Assembly (NCBI GenBank): GCA_022340775.1
Contig: JAJDNH010000073.1
Location: forward strand, 12,519-76,518
Direction of reading: 5' to 3'
DNA: 64,000 nucleotides
From: Acidobacteriota bacterium
GTDB taxonomy: Bacteria > Acidobacteriota > Thermoanaerobaculia > Thermoanaerobaculales > Sulfomarinibacteraceae
The position numbers were made by a program, and so were the translations under genes. Positions 1-8,837 of this stretch are shown one piece after another. Below the pieces are notes generated by a model. It saw only the letters and a list, made by a program, of their open reading frames with translations. It was not told the origin of the DNA and made no database searches. Every line of letters starts with the position of its first letter. Position 1 is the stretch's first letter.

Positions 1-588
1 GCGGAGACCGCCGCTCCGCTCGTCCTCCGCTCACCACACCCCAGCATCTTCCTGGCCGGTGCACACCTCAATGACATCGAGTGGCTCGACGCTTCGACTG
101 CGCGCGACTATGCACTGCTCGGCCGATCGATCCTGGACAGGATCCGGTCCTTTCCCAGACCGGTCGTCGCCGCGGTAGATGGGGCTTGTGCCGGCGGCGG
201 GCTGGATCTGGTCCTCGCCTGCGACGCGGTCGTCGCCTCGGAGTCGGCCTCGTTCGCCCACCCTGGCGTGAGGCGCGGCCTCATCACCGGCTGGGGAGGA
301 ACCGTCGAGGTCCCCAGTCGCAGCGGAAGACCACATGCCGTCGGTGTCATCCTGGAAGGTGGTGCGACCGAGGCGCCGGCAGCGTACGCCGCCGGCTGGG
401 TGGCGCACCTGACGGACGATCCGGTCGCCGCTGCGCACGAGGAAGCACGGAGACTGGACCACCTCAACCCCTTCAGGCTGCGGCTGTGGCGCGTGCTCAG
501 GGGTGCCTGTTTCATTGACATCTTCCACGCCAGCGTGGTACACAACGAGAGGATGCAGCAGGCTCTGAACGACCGGGAGACACCATGA
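1..588 (+). CDS. Enoyl-CoA hydratase/isomerase (crotonase) family protein, 5'-truncated by window edge
   Basis: Frame +1 is open from base 1: IFLAGAHL...FPRPVVAAVDGACAGGGLDLVLACD...SASFAHPGVRRGLITGWGGT, typical crotonase motifs; stop overlaps next ATG (ATGA 585-588). Confidence 0.85.
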   Translation, partial: AETAAPLVLRSPHPSIFLAGAHLNDIEWLDASTARDYALLGRSILDRIRSFPRPVVAAVDGACAGGGLDLVLACDAVVASESASFAHPGVRRGLITGWGGTVEVPSRSGRPHAVGVILEGGATEAPAAYAAGWVAHLTDDPVAAAHEEARRLDHLNPFRLRLWRVLRGACFIDIFHASVVHNERMQQALNDRETP

Positions 589-1826
589 GTGGCACGATTC
601 TTCTTGCCGACGACAGCCTCACGATCCAGAAGGTCGTGGAACTCACCTTCGCGGACACCGACAACTCGGTCGTCACCGTCTCGAGCGGCGATGAGCTCCT
701 CGAGAGGCTTCCCGCGGTCGCACCGGACCTGGTCATCTGCGACGTCATCATGCCGGGGACTGATGGATACTCGGTCTGTCAGGCCATCAAGTCGAATCCA
801 GCCACCTTGCACATCCCCGTCGTGCTGCTCACCGGCACTTTCGAGCCCTTCGACAGGGACCGTGCGCTGGCCGCCGGGTGCGACGAGATCATCACCAAGC
901 CGTTCGAGGCCAGGAAGCTCGTCGACACCGTGGAGAGCCTGCTCCAGGGGACCCCCGAGACGGTTCCCGAGACGGCCCCGATTGAGCCCACGGAAGGCGA
1001 GCCGCAGTTCGAAGGTGCCTTCACCCCGACGGAGCCAGAAGCGGTGCCGCCAACCGACGAGTTTGGCACCCGCCTCGCTCCTGCAGCCCCTCCATCGGGG
1101 GGTGAGCCGGGAGAAGCCAGCGAGGGGATGGACTTCACGACCACCGGTTTCGCCGAGATGGAGGAAGCCGGCCAGCGGGGCGAAGAAATGGCGTACCAGA
1201 CCCCCTCGGAGGGTCTGGAGTTCGACCTCGAGGAGGTGAAGCAGCCACTCGAGCCCGAAGCGGCGGAAAGAAGCGCTCCTCCGCCCTTTTCCGCGGAAGA
1301 CGAGCCGGCCGGTAGCGACGAGACCGCGGAGCCGTTTTCCCCCGCTGCCGACACCGCATCCGCTGTCACTGCTCCGCCACCGCCACCACCCTTCGGCGAG
1401 CCCGACGAGCCGTTCGAGGAGGCTCCGCCGGCCGTGGAAGAAGCCGAGGAGCAGGAGCCCCCGATCGGCTCGGTCACCGAGCCGGTTGCGGTTCCCCCCG
1501 TCGGGACGTTCGAGACGCCCGCTTTCGGCCAGGCCGGGGGCGATGAAGAAGAGGTGGCAGAGGAGGCCGCGGCGGCGGCGGTCCCTGAACCTACTGAGGC
1601 AGAGCCCGTCACACAGACAGCAGACGCCGAGCCACCCGCGCCCGCAGAGCCGCTGTCGGAGGACGAGGTGGAGCGAATCGCCCGCCGTGTGATCGACCTC
1701 TTCGCCTCCCGGCTGGAGCAGATCGCGTGGGAAGTGATCCCGGATATGGCGGAGATCGTGGTGCGCGAACGCGTGCGCCAGATCGAGGCCGAAGCGGAGA
1801 GCGACCAGCCCGAAGCGACCCACTGA
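585..1826 (+). CDS. RomR-like response regulator: N-terminal receiver, long acidic Pro/Glu/Ala linker, short conserved C-terminal helical domain
   Basis: Receiver ILLADDSLTIQKV...DLVICDVIMP...LLTGTFEPFD...ITKPF; low-complexity E/P/A linker; C-terminal LEQIAWEVIPDMAEIVVRERV resembles the RomR-C region as I recall it. Confidence 0.75.
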   Translation: MSGTILLADDSLTIQKVVELTFADTDNSVVTVSSGDELLERLPAVAPDLVICDVIMPGTDGYSVCQAIKSNPATLHIPVVLLTGTFEPFDRDRALAAGCDEIITKPFEARKLVDTVESLLQGTPETVPETAPIEPTEGEPQFEGAFTPTEPEAVPPTDEFGTRLAPAAPPSGGEPGEASEGMDFTTTGFAEMEEAGQRGEEMAYQTPSEGLEFDLEEVKQPLEPEAAERSAPPPFSAEDEPAGSDETAEPFSPAADTASAVTAPPPPPPFGEPDEPFEEAPPAVEEAEEQEPPIGSVTEPVAVPPVGTFETPAFGQAGGDEEEVAEEAAAAAVPEPTEAEPVTQTADAEPPAPAEPLSEDEVERIARRVIDLFASRLEQIAWEVIPDMAEIVVRERVRQIEAEAESDQPEATH

Positions 1827-1964
1827 GGGTCCCGCCGGGACCTTACCGCCGCATAGTTGCCAGAGCGCAGTTGTGCTATCCACAGTGTAGCCGCTCCCAG
1901 CGGAACGCGAGTGTATGATCCGGGCTAGACTGTGCAGGCCCCCGCACGGGGTCAGGAGAGGTGC

Positions 1965-4577
1965 ATGAGCTCTGACAGCCTTCCAACGCGCTACGATCCG
2001 GAGAGCTTCGAGGGCCGCTGGTACTCGAAATGGGAAAGCTCCGGGGCGTTTTCACCAACACTCGAGGGAGACCGGCCTCCCTTCTGCATCGTCATCCCCC
2101 CGCCCAACGTCACCGGTGTTCTCCATATCGGCCATGCCCTGCAGTTCACGCTGCAAGATCTGATCATCCGCTGGCGGCGCATGCAGGGTTACGACGCACT
2201 CTGGCTGCCCGGCACGGACCACGCCGGCATCGCCACCCAGGTCATGGTCGAGCGCCAGCTGGCCAAAGAAGGAACCACTCGACAGGCCCTCGGGCGCGAC
2301 CGGTTCCTCGAACGGATGTGGCAGTGGAAGGAGGAACACAAGGACAACATCTCCCGCCAGGCGAAAGCGCTCGGCTCGTCGTGCGACTGGAGCCGCGAGA
2401 GGTTCACGCTCGACGACGGCCTGTCGCGAGCCGTTCGCCGCGCGTTCGTCACCCTCCACAGCCAGGGTCTCATCTACCGCGACCAGAGGCTGATCAACTG
2501 GTGCCCCCGCTGCCACACCGCACTCTCGGACCTCGAGGTCGTCCACAAGGAGCAGCAGGGGCGCATGTGGGACTTCGCCTACCCCCTCGAGGACGAGGGC
2601 GAGATCGTGGTCTCCACGACTCGACCGGAGACGATGCTCGGCGACACAGCGATCGCGGTCCACCCGGCCGACGGACGGTACTCCGGGCTGGTGGGATTCC
2701 ATGCCATCCACCCGTTCCTCGACCGCCGAGTGCCGCTAATCGCGGACGCCGAGCTGGTGGACCCCGAGTTCGGTACGGGCGCCGTCAAGGTGACTCCGGC
2801 ACACGACCCTAACGACTTCCAGACCGGCAAGCGTCATGAGCTCGAGTTCATCAACATCCTCGACAACGAGGGCAAGATCAACGACGCCGGCGGACAGTTT
2901 GCAGGCCAGGACCGGTTTGCTGCCCGCACAGCGGTGGTCCAGGCGCTCAAAGCGAAAGGCCTGCTACGGGGCGAGCGCCCGCACGAGATGGCCATCGGAC
3001 ACTGCCAGCGGTGTGACACGATCGTCGAGCCTCTCCTGTCCCGCCAGTGGTTCGTCGATGCCAAGCCGCTGGCGGAGAAGGCCCTCGAGGTTGTTCGTGA
3101 CGGCCGCGTCAAGGTCGTTCCCGACTTCTGGGTGGCGACCTACGAGCACTGGCTCGAGAACATCCAGGACTGGTGCATCTCCCGCCAGCTCTGGTGGGGG
3201 CACCGGATCCCCGCGTTCACATGCGCCCAGGGCCACCTCCTCGTGTGCGAGGAAGATCCCGACTCCTGTCCGACGTGCGGCCAGGCGGTGGAGCAGGACC
3301 CGGACGTTCTCGACACCTGGTTTTCATCCGGTCTGTGGCCGTTCTCGACCCTCGGATGGCCCGACGAAACCGAGGATCTGAAGCGGTTCTACCCGACCTC
3401 GGTGCTGATCACCGGGTTCGACATCCTGTTCTTCTGGGTGGCGCGGATGATCATGATGGGCTGCCACCTCACCGGCGAGGTCCCATTCCACGCCGTTCAC
3501 CTGACGGGTCTTGTCAGGGACGCGAGCGGCGACAAGATGTCCAAGACCAAGGGCAACACGATCGACCCACTGGAGGTCGTGTCCGAGTATGGCGCCGACG
3601 CAGTTCGGTTCACGCTCGCCGCTCTGGCCTCTCCCGGTCGGGATCTGCCGCTCGACATCCGGAGGATGGAGGGGTATCGGGCGTTCGCCACCAAGGTGTG
3701 GAACGCGGCCCGCTTCGTGCAGATGAAGCTGGAGGGTGACGAGCAGCCGCTCGGTGATCTTTCTCCCGCCGACCTCGGCCCCGCGGAGCGCTGGATCCTC
3801 TCCCGGCTGGCCCACACCGTGCGCAGCGTTAACCGCGCGTGGGAGTGCTACCGGTTCGACGAGGGTTGCCACGAGCTCTATCACTTCGTCTGGCACGCCT
3901 ACTGCGACTGGTACCTGGAGCTCGCAAAAGGGGTCACCGACCGGCGTGAGGTGCGCTCGGTCTTGCGGGGCGTGCTGCTCGAAGCGCTCAAGCTCCTTCA
4001 CCCAGTGATGCCCTACATCACTGAGGAGATCGGGCACCATCTGGGACATGAGGAGATGCTGATCCTCACTCGGTACCCGGACCCTGACGGACGGTGGGAG
4101 GACAACGAGCTGGAAGCCGATTTCTCGGCGCTTCAGGAGCTCGTGGCGGGCCTGCGCTCCTATCGAGCCATGGTCGGGCTCAGCCAGCGTCATCCGATCG
4201 CCGTAACGCTCGTCGGAGTGGACGAACACCGCGCTGGTTTCCTGACCTCGCAGACCGATCAGCTCGAGCAGCTGGCAGCCGTTGCATCGATCAGGCTCGG
4301 TACAGCACCGGCCCAGGCCATCCACGAGCTCCTCGGTGGCATGGAGGTGGCTCTCGAGCTACCGCCCGGCTCCCTGGGGGAGGATCAGCTAGTTCGGCTT
4401 CAGAAGCAGATCGAGCAGCTGGACCGCAACCGCGCCGGTCTCGAGGGGCGCCTATCGAACAGTAGCTTTACCGCGAAGGCGCCGCCGGAGGTCGTGGACG
4501 GCGCCCGGCAGCAACTCGCGGAGGTCACGACACGGCTCGAACGGCTTCGACAGACGATCGAGGCGAGCGCCGGGTGA
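1965..4577 (+). CDS. valS: Valine--tRNA ligase
   Basis: PPPNVTGVLHIGH (HIGH), WCISRQLWWGHRIP, DVLDTWFSS, KMSKTKGN (KMSKS-like), C-terminal coiled coil; SD AGGAGAGG before ATG 1965. Confidence 0.98.
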   Translation: MSSDSLPTRYDPESFEGRWYSKWESSGAFSPTLEGDRPPFCIVIPPPNVTGVLHIGHALQFTLQDLIIRWRRMQGYDALWLPGTDHAGIATQVMVERQLAKEGTTRQALGRDRFLERMWQWKEEHKDNISRQAKALGSSCDWSRERFTLDDGLSRAVRRAFVTLHSQGLIYRDQRLINWCPRCHTALSDLEVVHKEQQGRMWDFAYPLEDEGEIVVSTTRPETMLGDTAIAVHPADGRYSGLVGFHAIHPFLDRRVPLIADAELVDPEFGTGAVKVTPAHDPNDFQTGKRHELEFINILDNEGKINDAGGQFAGQDRFAARTAVVQALKAKGLLRGERPHEMAIGHCQRCDTIVEPLLSRQWFVDAKPLAEKALEVVRDGRVKVVPDFWVATYEHWLENIQDWCISRQLWWGHRIPAFTCAQGHLLVCEEDPDSCPTCGQAVEQDPDVLDTWFSSGLWPFSTLGWPDETEDLKRFYPTSVLITGFDILFFWVARMIMMGCHLTGEVPFHAVHLTGLVRDASGDKMSKTKGNTIDPLEVVSEYGADAVRFTLAALASPGRDLPLDIRRMEGYRAFATKVWNAARFVQMKLEGDEQPLGDLSPADLGPAERWILSRLAHTVRSVNRAWECYRFDEGCHELYHFVWHAYCDWYLELAKGVTDRREVRSVLRGVLLEALKLLHPVMPYITEEIGHHLGHEEMLILTRYPDPDGRWEDNELEADFSALQELVAGLRSYRAMVGLSQRHPIAVTLVGVDEHRAGFLTSQTDQLEQLAAVASIRLGTAPAQAIHELLGGMEVALELPPGSLGEDQLVRLQKQIEQLDRNRAGLEGRLSNSSFTAKAPPEVVDGARQQLAEVTTRLERLRQTIEASAG

Positions 4578-5350
4578 GCGACGCGGTTCTCGTACTGTAC
4601 GGAGCCATTTCCGCGTACGTCGAGAACCTCGTCTACCTGCCAACTATCGACTCCACTCACGAGACTGCTCTCCGCCTGATGCAGCAGATGGACGAGGAGG
4701 ACCAGCAGCTGCGGACGACGGTCCTGATCGCCCGGCACCAGACCGGCGGCCACGGGCGCGAAGGCAGGCCGTGGCAGTCGCCTGAGGGAGGCCTCTACCT
4801 GAACTGGGTGCGCTCCGATGTCGATCACACGATCATCAACATGCTGCCCATGCTTGCCGCCGCCGCTGCCACCGAAGCCGCCACGAAGGCTGGGATCGCA
4901 AATGTGGGCATCAAGTGGCCCAACGACCTCCTGGTGGATGGCGCCAAGATCGGCGGCATCCTTGTCCACGTTCGCCGGGGCGACACGATCTGGGCGACGA
5001 TCGGCCTGGGACTCAACGTCGCCACGAAGCCACGTCTTCCCGGCGACGCGACGCCGCCGGTTACGTGCCTGGCCGACCACATCGCTTCCCGGCCGATCGA
5101 TGCCTGGATCTCGGAGCTCACCGTTGACTTCCTGGCGGCGCTCGATCAGGGGATCGAGGATCCGCAGATCGCTCGGACCAGGTGGCGAGAGCGTCTCATC
5201 CATCAGCCGGGGGACACTCTTGAGGTGCGTCTGGCGTCCGGAGAGCAGGTCCGGGGGCACTATGCGGGGGTGACCAACGACGGCTACCTGATGCTCGAGA
5301 ACGACACCGGGACACGTACCGTCTCGTCGGGGGAGATCTTCGGACGATAG
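4574..5350 (+). CDS. birA: Biotin--[acetyl-CoA-carboxylase] ligase (no N-terminal HTH)
   Basis: IDST, ARHQTGGHGREGRPWQSPEGGLY, IKWPNDLLVDGAKIGGIL; GTGA overlap with valS stop. Confidence 0.92.
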   Translation: MSDAVLVLYGAISAYVENLVYLPTIDSTHETALRLMQQMDEEDQQLRTTVLIARHQTGGHGREGRPWQSPEGGLYLNWVRSDVDHTIINMLPMLAAAAATEAATKAGIANVGIKWPNDLLVDGAKIGGILVHVRRGDTIWATIGLGLNVATKPRLPGDATPPVTCLADHIASRPIDAWISELTVDFLAALDQGIEDPQIARTRWRERLIHQPGDTLEVRLASGEQVRGHYAGVTNDGYLMLENDTGTRTVSSGEIFGR

Positions 5351-5430
5351 CTCCTACTTCTCACCACCGCCCGGACGCCTGGCGTGAGGCACCCGCACGC
5401 GCCGCACCTCGCCTGAGGTGGCGATAAGTC

Positions 5431-7626
5431 ATGCAGACTCGGGGCCTCGTGCACGGATACCGCGTCGAGCTCCCGCCAGCGGTTACCCTGATCGCACTCG
5501 GCTTCTCAAGCACCGTGGTCCAGGCGCTGCTCCTGCGCGAAGCGATGGCCGCGCTATCGGGATCCGAGATGGCATGGGGCGCGGTGCTTTTTGCCTGGCT
5601 CATCGGAATGGCGGCCGGTGCGCGAGCCGGGGTCGGCCTCGGAACGGCTCGCTTCGCGAAGCTGGCACCGCTCGTGGTCCTGGTTCTCGGTGCCGCAGGG
5701 GTGGTGCTGTTCCGGGCGGCACCTGCCCTGGCGGCGGTCGGCCCCGGCGTCACCCTCACGACCTGGAAAGCGCTCTGGCTCTGGATCGCCGCCGTGCTCC
5801 CGGCCGCAGCAGCTGGCGGTCTCGCGTTCCCGATCCTCGCGCACGAGCTGCCAGGCGCCAATGCGGCCGGTAACGCCTACGTGAGGGAAGCAACCGGCGC
5901 CCTGATCGGGGGCGTGGCGTTCACCTTTGCGCTCGCACCCTGGGGCACCGCGGTCACGCTCGTTCTGTGTAGTGCCATGACCGGAGCCCTGCAGCTCGCG
6001 CGGCGGCATGTTGCCGCCGCCATCGTCACCCTGGCTGTCGGGATCGTGGCAGCCGGTCCTGCTGCGTCGGCGCTTGCTCATGCGACATGGCACTGGTCTG
6101 GCCGACCGGGTGAGCTCGCTGCCTGGCACGAGACCCGCGAGCAACGGCTCGAGCTGGCGGCTGGCGAGCCAGCAGTCGTTTACGCCGATGGTCGCCTGCT
6201 GGCGAGCTTCCCCGACCCCTGGGGCACGATCCCTCAGGCTCACCTGCTCATGCTCTTGCACCCCGCTCCACGCCATGTGCTCGCCACTGGGGTTTTGGCC
6301 GACGGCGCCGTCATACCGATGCTCGAGCACCCGGTCGAACGTCTCGACATCGCCGAGGAGGACCCGCAGCTGCCAGGTCTCCTGGAGCGCTGGTATGGAC
6401 GACGCCTTGCAGACGCGCTGCGGGATCCGCGGGTGGTGCTTCATGCCAGAGATCCAATCGCGACGCTGTCTCGTGGCGGGACGTGGAACCTGATTGCGCT
6501 CTTGGATCCGGATCCGTCAACCATCCGCCGCAACCGTACCCGCACCGTGGAGTTCTACCAACGATGTCGGGCACACCTGTCACCAGAGGGTCTTCTCGTC
6601 GTTCGGGTCGGTGTACCCGACACTTACGTCGGAGGCGCCGGCGGGCGCCTGTTGGCCATCACGGCCACGTCTTTGCGCTCGGTCTTCCCACAGGTGGCGG
6701 GTATCCCAGGCGAGCACGTCCTGATTGTCGCCGGCGGGCCCGAGGCCGACCTCGACCTGTCATCCGACACCCTGGTCGCTCGCTGGCTGGCCCGCGGGAT
6801 CGCCGATCCCTCGTTCCCTCCCGAGCTCATTCCGGTGCTGCTCGATCCCGACCGTGCCGACCCCCTGAGTCATTTTTTGCAGACCGCGCAGGCGCCGACC
6901 AACACCATCTTCAGGCCGCGAGCCGTGCTTGTTGCCGCAGCGCTGTCGGAGGGAAGGGGCCAGCCACCACTGCTGCGCGCTGCGGCCACCCTTGAAAACG
7001 TCTCTCCCCTGCCCCTCGCGGTTGCGGTCGCGGCGCTTGTGTTGCTGTTGTTCTTTCGTAGCGCCAGAGGAAGTCCGTTCGGAGTCGAGTCGGCTGCGGT
7101 CGTCGGCCTGTCCTCGATGGCCTGGTGGCTGTTGCTGCTGGCCCAGTGGCAGGCCACCGTCGGATCGGTGTTCTCCGAGGTCGGGGCGCTCTCCGCCGCC
7201 TTCATGGCCGGGCTCGCCGTCAGTGCCTATTTCGCCGGACGGCAGGACCGGCCGGAGAGACTCCTGCCCTGGGTGTTGGCGGCCGGCGGAGCCCTGTCGC
7301 TGGCGGTAGCCTCTTCGGCCGTTCTCACGGCTCCGAGACTCGTGATCCCCGTGCTCCTGGGTCTGGGAGGCGGGCTGACCGGCGCCGCTTTCCCCGGGGC
7401 CGCAGCCCTTGCCGGCCTCGGTTCTCCCCGCGCGGGAAGCGGTCGGGGCTTTGCCGCCGACGAGGCCGGTGCCGGTCTGGCGGCGATTACCGTCGGGCTG
7501 ATCGCCCTACCCTGGACCGGCCTGACGGCGACGGCCAACGGAATAGCTGCCCTCGACATCGCCACCGCTGCCGCATGCCTGGTCGCGGCGTGGAGGAGAA
7601 GCCCCCGGACTCACCTCTCGTCTTGA
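5431..7626 (+). CDS. Multi-pass membrane protein with central spermidine-synthase-like (SAM methyltransferase fold) domain, fused MFS/spermidine synthase type
   Basis: N-terminal TM block (GFSSTVVQALLLRE...SGSE), central HPAPRHVL...ERLDIAEEDP...DPDPST...TVEFYQRCRAHLSPEGLL, C-terminal TM block; start codon uncertain. Confidence 0.7.
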   Translation: MQTRGLVHGYRVELPPAVTLIALGFSSTVVQALLLREAMAALSGSEMAWGAVLFAWLIGMAAGARAGVGLGTARFAKLAPLVVLVLGAAGVVLFRAAPALAAVGPGVTLTTWKALWLWIAAVLPAAAAGGLAFPILAHELPGANAAGNAYVREATGALIGGVAFTFALAPWGTAVTLVLCSAMTGALQLARRHVAAAIVTLAVGIVAAGPAASALAHATWHWSGRPGELAAWHETREQRLELAAGEPAVVYADGRLLASFPDPWGTIPQAHLLMLLHPAPRHVLATGVLADGAVIPMLEHPVERLDIAEEDPQLPGLLERWYGRRLADALRDPRVVLHARDPIATLSRGGTWNLIALLDPDPSTIRRNRTRTVEFYQRCRAHLSPEGLLVVRVGVPDTYVGGAGGRLLAITATSLRSVFPQVAGIPGEHVLIVAGGPEADLDLSSDTLVARWLARGIADPSFPPELIPVLLDPDRADPLSHFLQTAQAPTNTIFRPRAVLVAAALSEGRGQPPLLRAAATLENVSPLPLAVAVAALVLLLFFRSARGSPFGVESAAVVGLSSMAWWLLLLAQWQATVGSVFSEVGALSAAFMAGLAVSAYFAGRQDRPERLLPWVLAAGGALSLAVASSAVLTAPRLVIPVLLGLGGGLTGAAFPGAAALAGLGSPRAGSGRGFAADEAGAGLAAITVGLIALPWTGLTATANGIAALDIATAAACLVAAWRRSPRTHLSS

Positions 7627-7678
7627 GTATCCGCTTGCCCATCGTCGGGCAGAGGAACAAGCAACTGACCGGCCCGAG

Positions 7679-8800
7679 TTAGTCGCGGGAAATGACAACC
7701 AGACTGCGGTCGTCGCAGGGTCGCTCGTCGCCAGCGAACCTCTTCAGCTCGGAGAGCACGCGGTCGTGGACCTCCTGTGGTTCGCCCCCTCCCCCCACGA
7801 CCCGCCGCAGCCGGTCAAAGCCGAACGCCCTGCCGGCGGAATCGATCTGCTCCGGAATACCGTCGCTGTACATCACGAGCAGGTCGCCCGCGTGCAGGGT
7901 TGCGCTCCCGGTCTGCAGGCTGAGCGTTGGCCTGAGGCCGAGCGGGAGGGATCCTGACCCGAGCTCCTCGATCTCCCCCGTTCGGCGCCGGAGGAGGGGG
8001 TACGGATGCCCGGCGCAGACGTAGTTCATCTCGCCACTCCTCGGTTCGAGGAGCCCGCAGAACAGGGTCATGAACGCCCTGGGACCGCCGGTCCGATAGA
8101 GGGCGGCATTGATCGTCGACGCCACCGCGGCCGGCTCCGGATCCCGGTCGGATGCCACCTTGAGCATCGCATGCGCAACCGCCATCACGATCCCGGCGGC
8201 AATGCCATGGCCGCTGGCATCACCGGCTGCCAACAGGACACGGCCGTCCTCGAGGGGCACGACGTCGTAGTAGTCACCGCCAATCGTGTTGGCAGTCGAG
8301 TACGAGAACACGATTCGGTAGCCGTCGAGCCGCGGTGGCTCGGCAGGCATCAGCTCCGCCTGCAGCTGGCGTGCGACCTCGAGCTCGTCGCGTACCAGAA
8401 CCCGATCGGCAAGCTCGAGCACAAGAAGCAGGAGCAGGCACCCCCAGCTGAACAGCAGCATCAGTGGCGCAGAGGCCCGAACCTCCCCGACGCGGAAGGT
8501 GATCTGGTTGTGCTGCAGCCCAAAGAGCAGCGCGACCAGTGCAACCAGAAACAGTATGCGACGAACTGGGCTGAGCTTGGCCGACAGCCCGAGAAACAAC
8601 GCCCGCGCCTGGTGCCAGAGGCGTACGATTCCCTTCTCTTGCTGCTTGGAATCGGGCTGCTCACGCGTCAAGACTCCAAACGCGCGCGTGGCATCCCGAC
8701 CCAAAACCCGCGGGATCTGGCGTGCCTCGACGCCTGCCGTGTACTCCGCGAAGGCCCGCCGCCATCGCTCCAACCGGGTCGCAAGTTTCACCGTGCTCAA
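7679..8800 (-). CDS. PP2C/SpoIIE-family (RsbU-like) protein phosphatase with two TM helices
   Basis: ELEVARQLQAELMP, IGGDYYD, AGDASGHGIAA, LYSDGI-like MYSDGIPE, DDRSLVVI. Confidence 0.9.
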   Translation of the reverse strand: MSTVKLATRLERWRRAFAEYTAGVEARQIPRVLGRDATRAFGVLTREQPDSKQQEKGIVRLWHQARALFLGLSAKLSPVRRILFLVALVALLFGLQHNQITFRVGEVRASAPLMLLFSWGCLLLLLVLELADRVLVRDELEVARQLQAELMPAEPPRLDGYRIVFSYSTANTIGGDYYDVVPLEDGRVLLAAGDASGHGIAAGIVMAVAHAMLKVASDRDPEPAAVASTINAALYRTGGPRAFMTLFCGLLEPRSGEMNYVCAGHPYPLLRRRTGEIEELGSGSLPLGLRPTLSLQTGSATLHAGDLLVMYSDGIPEQIDSAGRAFGFDRLRRVVGGGGEPQEVHDRVLSELKRFAGDERPCDDRSLVVISRD

Positions 8801-8837
8801 ACCTCCACCATGAGGTACGGTCCGCCGGCCTTTGAGT

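Noticed and set aside
108-1883. 591-aa minus-strand ORF and many other long overlapping ORFs (e.g. 3324-4325, 13841-15292, 34780-36252, 54804-56429)
   Set aside because: Antisense shadows of real genes; high GC suppresses stop codons; translations are low-complexity Arg/Gly/Pro-rich with no motifs
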